A DNA stretch of 64,000 bases from Candidatus Poribacteria bacterium (GTDB taxonomy: Bacteria > Poribacteria > WGA-4E > GCA-2687025), in contig OY762492.1 of NCBI GenBank assembly GCA_963665845.2, positions 32,001 through 96,000 on the forward strand. The letters are read 5' to 3'. A program made the translations under genes and the position numbers. The notes beneath the pieces are model-generated. The model ran no database searches and was not told the DNA's origin. It saw only the letters and a list, made by a program, of their open reading frames with translations. Shown piece by piece: positions 56,700 to 64,000 of this stretch. Within the stretch, counting starts at the first letter, position 1; every line of letters begins with the position of its first letter.

Positions 56700-57623
56700 T
56701 TGAAAAAGTTTTACCGCAGCGTGCTGGACATGATCGGCGAAACGCCGATGACGACGCTAAACAACCTGACCGACGCCGACTCGGCGGAGACGTTGGCGAA
56801 GCTGGAAATGCGCAACCCAGGCGGCAGCGTCAAAGACCGCATCGGCCTCTCCATGATATTAGACGCCGAGCGGCGCGGCGCCGTCCGCCGAGGCTCCATC
56901 ATCGTGGAGCCGACCGCCGGGAACACCGGCATTGCGCTGGCGGTTGTCGCAAAAGCGCGGGGTTACCGCGCCGTTTTGACGATGCCGGACAACATCAGCC
57001 GAGAAAAGATCGCGCTTCTCCGAGCCTTCGGAGCCGAGGCGGTCTTGACCCCCGCCTCCGACACCATGGCGGGCGCCATCTGGGAAGCGGAGGAGATCGC
57101 CCGCGCCGAAAAGAACGCCTTTATGCCGAACCAGTTCTCCAACCCCGCCAACCCCGCCGCTCATCAGATGACAACAGGACAAGAGATCATCCGCCAGACG
57201 GACGGACGCATAGACGCCTTCGTCTGCGGCGTCGGGACGGGCGGCACGCTGACCGGCGTCGCGCGCGCTTTAAAAGAACGCGGCATGGAGACGGAGATTG
57301 TCGCCGTTGAGCCGAGCGTCAGCCCCGCCATCTCCGGCGGTCCCCTCGGTCCGACGCGCATTGACGGGCTGGGCGCGGGCTTCATACCGGAGGCGCTGGA
57401 CGCCGATCTGATCGATAGCGTTGAGACGGTTGAGGAGAAAGAAGCGTATGAGATGATGCGCGCCTTAGGTCAGGAGGAGGGCTTGCTGACTGGCATGAGT
57501 TCTGGAGCCGCCGCGGCCGCCGCCCTGCGCGTCGCCAAACGGCTCGGACCAGGCAAGCGCGTCGTTACGATCTTAGCAGACACGGGAGACCGTTACTTGA
57601 GCCTATCGGAGATGTTTGAATGA
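56700..57623 (+). CDS. cysK: cysteine synthase A
   Basis: NPGGSVKDR, EPTAGNTG, NQFSNPAN, GVGTGGT. Confidence 0.88.
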   Translation: MKKFYRSVLDMIGETPMTTLNNLTDADSAETLAKLEMRNPGGSVKDRIGLSMILDAERRGAVRRGSIIVEPTAGNTGIALAVVAKARGYRAVLTMPDNISREKIALLRAFGAEAVLTPASDTMAGAIWEAEEIARAEKNAFMPNQFSNPANPAAHQMTTGQEIIRQTDGRIDAFVCGVGTGGTLTGVARALKERGMETEIVAVEPSVSPAISGGPLGPTRIDGLGAGFIPEALDADLIDSVETVEEKEAYEMMRALGQEEGLLTGMSSGAAAAAALRVAKRLGPGKRVVTILADTGDRYLSLSEMFE

Positions 57624-58360
57624 ACAAGACGCGCGAACGCGCCGTTCCCAAGCGGGATGAAGAGAACGCGTCCCAACTTGCCGAGCGGCTGCAGAATGAA
57701 ACGCCCCAGAACATCGTCCAGTGGGGCGTCGAGAGATACCATCCGAAGCTGGCGGTCGTTTCCAATTTTGGACCTAGCACCAATGTCATAATTCACCATT
57801 TAGCCGAAATTGGGCGCCCGGACGTCCCGATCGTCCATATCAACACGGGATTTGAATTTGAAGAAACGGCGGAAATCGCGCAGCGGTTGGAGCGGCGGTA
57901 CGGGGTCCAGATACGGCACATTCGCCCAGAATTGACCGTGGAGCAGCAGGCGGAAAAATACGGACCGAAGCTGTACAGCGACGACCCCGATTACTGCTGC
58001 TACATGCGCAAGGTGGCGCCGCTTGAAAAGGCGTTGAGGGGCATGGAGGCTTGGGTTACCGGCATCCGCAAGAGCCAGGCGGCGACCCGCCGAGGCGCCA
58101 AAGTCATCGAATGGGACGCGCGGCATGATATGATTAAAATCAACCCGATGGCGGAATGGACGGCGGAGCGGGTTTGGGAATTTATCCGCAAACACGACAT
58201 ACCCTACAACGCCCTGCATGACCAAGGCTACGCGAGCGTCGGGTGCTGGCCCTGCACAATGCCCGTTCTGGACGGCGAGGATGAACGCGCCGGCCGATGG
58301 AAAGGCAGGGGCAAAACGGAATGCGGCATCCATCTCACGCAGCCGCTTCCGCCGACTTAA
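57620..58360 (+). CDS. cysH: (P)APS reductase
   Basis: CCYMRKV, GIRKSQ, SVGCWPCT, RAGRW, KTECGIH. Confidence 0.92.
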   Translation: MNKTRERAVPKRDEENASQLAERLQNETPQNIVQWGVERYHPKLAVVSNFGPSTNVIIHHLAEIGRPDVPIVHINTGFEFEETAEIAQRLERRYGVQIRHIRPELTVEQQAEKYGPKLYSDDPDYCCYMRKVAPLEKALRGMEAWVTGIRKSQAATRRGAKVIEWDARHDMIKINPMAEWTAERVWEFIRKHDIPYNALHDQGYASVGCWPCTMPVLDGEDERAGRWKGRGKTECGIHLTQPLPPT

Positions 58361-58385
58361 AACGAACAACGCGAAGAAAGAACGC

Positions 58386-58922
58386 ATGAAGAAAAAAGGC
58401 TTCACCATCTGGTTCACTGGACTCTCCGGGTCTGGAAAAACGACCGTCTCGCAGCGCGTCGCTGAAATGCTGGACGAACGCGGCGTCCAATCTGAAATAC
58501 TGGACGGCGACATCATACGCGAGAATCTAAGCAAAGGACTCGGCTTCAGCAAAGAGGACAGGGACACGAACATCAAGCGCATCGCGTTTGTCTGCAAACT
58601 GCTCACCCGTCAAGGCGCCGCCTGCATCGCCGCGGCGATCTCGCCATACCGCGAAACGCGCGAATACGCCCGAAACGAAATCAAAAACTTCGTCGAAGTG
58701 TATGTCAACAGCCCCATCGATGTGTGCATTGAGCGCGATGTGAAAGGGCTGTACAAAAAAGCGATTGCGGGCGAAATACAGAACTTCACCGGCATTAGCG
58801 ACCCGTATGAACCGCCCGTCAACCCCGAAGCGGTCTGCTGCACAGACCGAGAAACGGTGGACGAATCGGCGGCAAAAGTCGTTCGAATCCTGGAAGAATT
58901 AGGCTATCTTGAACCAGCGTGA
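58386..58922 (+). CDS. cysC: adenylyl-sulfate kinase
   Basis: WFTGLSGSGKT, LDGD, RDVKGLY, FTGISDPYE. Confidence 0.95.
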   Translation: MKKKGFTIWFTGLSGSGKTTVSQRVAEMLDERGVQSEILDGDIIRENLSKGLGFSKEDRDTNIKRIAFVCKLLTRQGAACIAAAISPYRETREYARNEIKNFVEVYVNSPIDVCIERDVKGLYKKAIAGEIQNFTGISDPYEPPVNPEAVCCTDRETVDESAAKVVRILEELGYLEPA

Positions 58923-58939
58923 ACGCGGAAAGGAACCCC

Positions 58940-59233
58940 ATGGCTACCGTACGAATACCGACGCCCTTGAGACGCCTCACCAACGGAAACGCCGAAGTCG
59001 AAGCCGACGGCGGCACGATCGCTGAACTGATCGACAACCTGGAGAGCAATTACGAAGGTCTCAAAAAGCGCATCTGCGACGAAAACGGAACCGTCCGCCG
59101 CTTTGTGAATATCTACATCAACGACGAGGACATACGGTTCCTAGACAACGCCGATACCGAACTGGAGCCGGACGATGTGGTCTCGATCATACCCGCCATC
59201 GCCGGCGGAAACGAAACAGAGGCGGCGCGATGA
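58940..59233 (+). CDS. ubiquitin-like sulfur carrier (CysO/MoaD/ThiS) with C-terminal extension
   Basis: VRIPTPLR...RRFVNIYINDEDIRF...IIPAIAGG-NETEAAR. Confidence 0.9.
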   Translation: MATVRIPTPLRRLTNGNAEVEADGGTIAELIDNLESNYEGLKKRICDENGTVRRFVNIYINDEDIRFLDNADTELEPDDVVSIIPAIAGGNETEAAR

Positions 59234-60033
59234 ATTTCACCGACGAGCAGATTGAGCGTTACAGCCGGCATATCATCCTCAAAGAGGTGGGCGGCGTCGG
59301 GCAAACGAAGCTGCTGAACGCGAAGGTCTTGATGATCGGAGCGGGCGGACTCGGCTCGCCGGCGGCGCTGTATCTGGCGGCGGCGGGCGTCGGAACGATC
59401 GGCATCGTCGACGACGACGAGGTGGACATCAGCAACCTGCAGCGGCAGATCCTGCATCGCAACGAGGATGTCGGACGCGCCAAGGTCGCCTCGGCGCAGG
59501 AGACGCTGAACGGGATCAACCCCGATGTGAAGGTCGTACCTTACAACATGCGCCTCAGCTCCGACAATGTGATGGAAATCCTGCGCGAATACGATCTTGT
59601 CGTGGACGGCTGCGACAACCTGCCGACGCGGTATCTTCTGAACGACGCGAGCGTCTTCACCGGGACGCCTGTTGTGCATGGGAGCATCTTTCAGTTTGAG
59701 GGTCAGGTCACCGTGTTCGACCCGACGCAGGGACCGTGCTACCGGTGCCTCTATCCAGAGCCGCCTCCGCCGGAGATGGTGCCGAGCTGCCAAGAGGCGG
59801 GCGTTCTGGGCGTCCTGCCGGGCATTATCGGTTCGATTCAGGGGCTGGAAGCGATCAAGCATATCATCGGCGCGGGAGAAACGCTGGTCGGGAAGCTGCT
59901 GCTTTACGACACGCTGCGGCAGGATATCCGCAAGCATATTCTCCATAAAGACCCCGCCTGCCCCGTCTGCGGCGAGAATCCGACCGTGACGGAGCTGATC
60001 GATTATGAAGAGTTTTGCGGAGTGAGATGGTAA
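59230..60033 (+). CDS. moeB: MoeB/ThiF adenylyltransferase
   Basis: RYSRH, GAGGLGS, SNLQRQ, CYRC, SCQEAGVLG, CPVC; no rhodanese domain. Confidence 0.9.
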   Translation: MNFTDEQIERYSRHIILKEVGGVGQTKLLNAKVLMIGAGGLGSPAALYLAAAGVGTIGIVDDDEVDISNLQRQILHRNEDVGRAKVASAQETLNGINPDVKVVPYNMRLSSDNVMEILREYDLVVDGCDNLPTRYLLNDASVFTGTPVVHGSIFQFEGQVTVFDPTQGPCYRCLYPEPPPPEMVPSCQEAGVLGVLPGIIGSIQGLEAIKHIIGAGETLVGKLLLYDTLRQDIRKHILHKDPACPVCGENPTVTELIDYEEFCGVRW

Positions 60034-60040
60034 AAATCAG

Positions 60041-60373
60041 ATGGTAAAGACGCTGGCGGGCAAAACGCTTGGGCTGCTGTTGACGACAAGCCCCGAACGC
60101 GCCGACCTGAATTCCGCCGTCCAGTTGGCAAGGGCGGCGATGCGTTTAGGCGCGGAGACGCGCCTGTTTGTGATGTGCGACGGGGTCTACGCGCTTGGAG
60201 AAGACGCGCTCAAGGAGCTGGCGGCTGAAGGCGCGCGGGTGAAGGTCTGCGGACACAACGCCGAGCGGCGGCGCGTTGATGAAATAACGGACGCCCCGAA
60301 CATTGAATGGGGGAGCCAGTACGACCTCGCGCAGATGTCCGAAGAGTGCGACCGAATCGTCGCCTTCAACTAA
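60041..60373 (+). CDS. DsrE-like sulfur relay protein
   Basis: LFVMCDGVY, KVCGHNAERR. Confidence 0.75.
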   Translation: MVKTLAGKTLGLLLTTSPERADLNSAVQLARAAMRLGAETRLFVMCDGVYALGEDALKELAAEGARVKVCGHNAERRRVDEITDAPNIEWGSQYDLAQMSEECDRIVAFN

Positions 60374-60391
60374 ACAGGCGGAGCGAACGGC

Positions 60392-60724
60392 ATGGCGGTT
60401 GTCATGACATGGATACGCGGCGGCGCGTTTGAATCCAGCCGGACGGCGGAAGCGATGCGCATGACGGTCGGGCAAACGCTGGGCGACCATGATGTCCGTC
60501 TTATTTTTGCTGAAGAGGCGGTGTTCGCTCTCCTGGCGCTGGAAACGAGCGAGCAAACCGCCCGCCCGTTTGAGACGTTAAAAATGCTGGGCTGCTCCGT
60601 CTACGCCGAGAAAGAATCGATGGAGGAGCGCGGCATTGGGCGTCCTCCCGCCGGCGTGGAGACCATCAGCCGAGCCGGCGCGGCGCGCATGGCGGCGGAA
60701 AGCGAAGCCGTGTACATATGGTGA
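60392..60724 (+). CDS. DsrF-like protein
   Basis: AEAMRMTVG, LIFAEEAVF, VYAEKESMEERG. Confidence 0.7.
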   Translation: MAVVMTWIRGGAFESSRTAEAMRMTVGQTLGDHDVRLIFAEEAVFALLALETSEQTARPFETLKMLGCSVYAEKESMEERGIGRPPAGVETISRAGAARMAAESEAVYIW

Positions 60725-60728
60725 GCCG

Positions 60729-60986
60729 ATGCGCGTTTTACACCTGATACGTCGGCGGACGGACGCCTACGCCGAAAGCGTCATGAAAACGCATGAAGAG
60801 GAGGGGCTGCAAGTGTTTGCGGCGTATCTGCAGGACGCGGTGTACGGCCCCTTCCCCCGAAGCGAAAACGCCGCCGCCCTGAAAGAAGACTGCCAAATGC
60901 GCGGCGTAGAACCTGACCTGCCGACATTGACTTACGCGCAGCTGGCGGCTCTTATCTTTGAATACGATCGGGTCGTCTCATGGTGA
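60729..60986 (+). CDS. DsrH-like protein
   Basis: YLQDAVY, LKEDCQMRGV, TYAQLAALIFEYDRVVSW. Confidence 0.7.
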   Translation: MRVLHLIRRRTDAYAESVMKTHEEEGLQVFAAYLQDAVYGPFPRSENAAALKEDCQMRGVEPDLPTLTYAQLAALIFEYDRVVSW

Positions 60987-61942
60987 TCCCAAAGAGCAAG
61001 CCGAACGGCATCTTGGAGCGGATCGGAAACACGCCGCTTCTTCAAATGCGCCGCATTCCGATGGAGCTGAACAATCCGAACGTCGAGATACACGCCAAAG
61101 CGGAGTGGTTCAACCCCGGCGGTTCTGTTAAAGACCGAGCGGCGCTGCGCATCGTTGAAGACGCGGAGCGGAACGAGCGGATGCATCGCGGCAAAACGCT
61201 GCTTGATTCCACCTCCGGCAACACCGGGATCGCTTATGCGATGGTCTGCGCTGTCAAGGGATACCGGTGCGAACTTGTCATGCCGTCCAATGTCAGCAAG
61301 GAGCGGGTTTTGACCGTCCGCGCCTACGGGGCGGAGATCACGTACTCGGATCCGCTGGAAGGTTCGGACGGCGCGCTTCTCTTGGCAAAACAGCTTTATG
61401 AAGAGAACCCCGACAAATATTATCTCCCATGCCAGTACGACAACCCGTCCAACTGGCAGGCGCATTTCGAGACGACCGGGCGCGAGATCATCCGCCAGAC
61501 CGATGGACGGGTCACCCATTTTATCGCCGGGATCGGAACGAGCGGAACCGCCGTCGGCACGAGCCGCCGCCTGAAAGCGTTCAACAGCGGAATCAAAACG
61601 TACGGCGTTGAACCGGAAAGCGGTTTTCACGGACTGGAAGGCTTGAAGCATATCGAGTCGGCGATCACGCCCGGCATCTACGACGCCTCAACGTTGGACG
61701 ACACCTTTTACATGAACACTGAAGAATCGTACGATATGGCGCGCCGTCTGGCGATGGAAGAGGGCGTTTTGGTCGGCAAATCGAGCGGCGCCGCCATGCT
61801 TGCCGCCATGCAGCTGGCGCGCCGTCTTGACGAGGCGGTCATCGTCGTCGTTTTTCCGGACGGCGGATCGCGTTATCTTAGCACGCCGCTTTTTGAAACC
61901 GCCGTATCTCTTCAAAAGAGCCGAAAGGCGGGTTCGCCATGA
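60980..61942 (+). CDS. cysM: cysteine synthase B / CysM-like
   Basis: NPGGSVKDRAA, STSGNTG, QYDNPSNWQAH, GLEGLKH. Confidence 0.85.
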   Translation: MVIPKSKPNGILERIGNTPLLQMRRIPMELNNPNVEIHAKAEWFNPGGSVKDRAALRIVEDAERNERMHRGKTLLDSTSGNTGIAYAMVCAVKGYRCELVMPSNVSKERVLTVRAYGAEITYSDPLEGSDGALLLAKQLYEENPDKYYLPCQYDNPSNWQAHFETTGREIIRQTDGRVTHFIAGIGTSGTAVGTSRRLKAFNSGIKTYGVEPESGFHGLEGLKHIESAITPGIYDASTLDDTFYMNTEESYDMARRLAMEEGVLVGKSSGAAMLAAMQLARRLDEAVIVVVFPDGGSRYLSTPLFETAVSLQKSRKAGSP

Positions 61943-62415
61943 CGCCGCTGCGCATCTCCCGCGCGTTGATGACAGCGGTTCAGCGCCATGCTGAAGAGGC
62001 GTTTCCGTTGGAATGCTGCGGCGCGCTCCTTTATATAAACGGAAAAATGGAAGCGCGGCAATTCAAAAACGCGCAGAATGAAAACCCAGCGGTTGACCAT
62101 GAAGGCGCCGTCCGTTCCGCCGAAACCGCTTACCGCGTCAGTCCAGAAGACGAGAAGCAGCTGCATCAAGAGCTGGCGGGCGGCGCGGAGCTGGCGGCCA
62201 TCTACCATTCCCATCCAAACGCGGCAGCGTATTTCTCCGAGATGGACAAGCATGCCGCGACAGCGGGCGGCGCATGGGATTTCCCGGCGTATCCCGACCA
62301 TCTGGTCGTATCGGTTATGAAGGGGGAGGCGCAGGAGGCGCGCGCCTTTTCTTGGGATGAGGAGAAGACGGAGTTCGTTGAGCGCGCCGTTGTGATTGTG
62401 AAAAATGCGTCTTAA
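61939..62415 (+). CDS. JAB/MPN+ (Mec-like) metallopeptidase
   Basis: ECCG, YHSHP...YFSEMD JAMM motif. Confidence 0.9.
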   Translation: MTPLRISRALMTAVQRHAEEAFPLECCGALLYINGKMEARQFKNAQNENPAVDHEGAVRSAETAYRVSPEDEKQLHQELAGGAELAAIYHSHPNAAAYFSEMDKHAATAGGAWDFPAYPDHLVVSVMKGEAQEARAFSWDEEKTEFVERAVVIVKNAS

Positions 62416-62436
62416 AACGGTTCGAAATTCGGCTCG

Positions 62437-63423
62437 ATGCCCATGTTAGAGTTGGCGCAGGCGGAAGCGGCGCGCGTCTGGAGCGCGCATGGTTTTTTGA
62501 TAACGGCGGTCTGGTTCTATCTTGCGGCGGGGATGGTTCTAGCGGCGTTTGCGTCGCGCCGTTCGCGTCTGGCGGAGCCTCGAAAGCGGACGCGCTGGGT
62601 ATGGCTCATGCCGTTCATGGCGCCGTTGACGCTCGCGCGTCTCTTGTTGAAAAGCGCGCCGGCTCCGTGGGAGTCGCCGTTTGGCGTTCCGCGCCCTGTT
62701 CAAGAAACGCCCCCTGACGATGAAGAAACGGCTCCTGTTGAAAACACGCGCGGCAGCTGCCGATCCAGCCGCTTTCCGCCCGTACGAACGCTGATCGGAT
62801 CGTTCGCCGCCGGTCTTTTTCCTGGCTTGGGTCAGCTGGTTTACGGACGTTTCGCGCGCGTTCTTTTCATCTGGACGATGGGCGGGTTCGCGCTGTTTTT
62901 GATCGCCGCGTATGTTTTGCAGATCGAACGCTCATGGCCGACGCCCGAATGGATGCCGGGCTTCTTCGTCCCTGAAACTGAAGAAGGGGACACCACGACG
63001 CTCTACTTTAGAGTCGAACGCCCGTTTTACATCTTTCTATGCATCGAACTGGCGGCAGTCTTAATCTGGGCATATATAGACGCGGCGCGGCTGGGCGACG
63101 CCCATATCGCAAAACGGCTGCGGGAGGATGACGCGCGCCAATGGGAGCTCTATAATCTGCGCATCGTCAAGCGGGACGGAACGGAAGAGCTGAGAACCAT
63201 CGACGATCCTGTATTCAATCCAGCGGCGCTGATGGAGGCGGAGATGGACGGGCGCATGCGTTTTATCATGCAGTATCAGCCGGACATCGGCCTTGATCTT
63301 CGGCTTTCAACAAGCTTCGAGGGCGCGCAGCTGAACGGCAAGCCGGCTTTCGACGACGCGCCGCTCCGCCCCCGCGGCCTGCTTGAGATCAACGGCGTTC
63401 AGTTTCAGTTCAAACGACTCTAA
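62437..63423 (+). CDS. membrane protein with FHA-like C-terminal tail
   Basis: TM helices, FPGLGQLVYG motif; GAQLNGK...LRPRGLLEINGVQFQF. Confidence 0.55.
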   Translation: MPMLELAQAEAARVWSAHGFLITAVWFYLAAGMVLAAFASRRSRLAEPRKRTRWVWLMPFMAPLTLARLLLKSAPAPWESPFGVPRPVQETPPDDEETAPVENTRGSCRSSRFPPVRTLIGSFAAGLFPGLGQLVYGRFARVLFIWTMGGFALFLIAAYVLQIERSWPTPEWMPGFFVPETEEGDTTTLYFRVERPFYIFLCIELAAVLIWAYIDAARLGDAHIAKRLREDDARQWELYNLRIVKRDGTEELRTIDDPVFNPAALMEAEMDGRMRFIMQYQPDIGLDLRLSTSFEGAQLNGKPAFDDAPLRPRGLLEINGVQFQFKRL

Positions 63424-63439
63424 TTTACGAAAGGCAAGC

Positions 63440-64000
63440 ATGGCAAACACCTACCGCGTCGGCGTCATCGGTTTCGCGCATATGCATGTAACATGGCATC
63501 TGGACGAATTCAGCCAACTGGACAATATCGAATGGACGGGATGCGCCGACACCGCGCCGACCGCCCCCTCCCTTTCGGACGGACCCTTGACGCGCGCCGA
63601 GAACCTGAAACATGCCCTTGAAAAAACGGGCGTGCCGCGCTTTTACGACGACTATCGCGAGCTGCTTGAAAAAGAGGCATGCGATATTGTGATCGTCTGT
63701 CCAGAAAACGCGCGGCACGCGGAGGCGATTGAAGCGGTCGCTGAAACCGGGGCGCATATCATCGTGGAAAAGCCGCCCGCGCACAACTTTGACGATTACG
63801 CGCGGATGCTGCGCGCCGTTCAAAAGACCGACGCGACGATGGCGGTCAACTGGCCCTCCACATGGTCGCCCGCGCTGCGCCTGGCGAAAGAGATTGTCGA
63901 CAGCGGCGACATCGGACAGGTTTTTCAGATCAAATGGCGGCAAGGCTCCACAGGTCCGCTCCCCCGCCTGAACGACCGCGAAAAAGGCGCCGAATGGTGG
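63440..64000 (+). CDS. Gfo/Idh/MocA oxidoreductase (runs off window)
   Basis: Manual translation MANTYRVGVIGFAHMH...HIIVEKP...VNWP. Confidence 0.85.
   Translation, partial: MANTYRVGVIGFAHMHVTWHLDEFSQLDNIEWTGCADTAPTAPSLSDGPLTRAENLKHALEKTGVPRFYDDYRELLEKEACDIVIVCPENARHAEAIEAVAETGAHIIVEKPPAHNFDDYARMLRAVQKTDATMAVNWPSTWSPALRLAKEIVDSGDIGQVFQIKWRQGSTGPLPRLNDREKGAEWW

Overview
GC-rich bacterial chromosome segment, probably Candidatus Poribacteria (inferred from a LamG protein ending in SVSPKGKLASRWAALK). Housekeeping genes are relA/spoT, recJ, rpsR, pyrDK, degP, argD, tRNA-His, era and uvrA. Accessory modules are as follows. (1) An 11.4-kb operon: a 2358-aa LysM/PA/pseudo-M28-peptidase/FtsX fusion, an OPT-like transporter, a tandem-domain protein, a stand-alone PqqD/RRE protein and an ABC ATPase, with no RiPP enzyme or precursor. 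This is the best candidate for an undescribed system. (2) A Cys-rich leader ending in the RAPP arrest motif ahead of a porin/FMN-domain/lipoprotein/MacB-type ABC operon. (3) Four sigma70 promoters at ~67-bp spacing driving a secreted-protein gene whose start is out of frame across a (CA)6 tract. (4) Two tandem UvrD helicases lacking subdomain 2B. (5) One near-canonical dif-like Xer site and several degenerate ones. (6) A CysO/MoeB/DsrEFH/CysM/JAB sulfur-carrier cysteine cluster. (7) Two MITE-like families sharing a REP-like hairpin. All calls come from reading motifs by eye; no searches were run.
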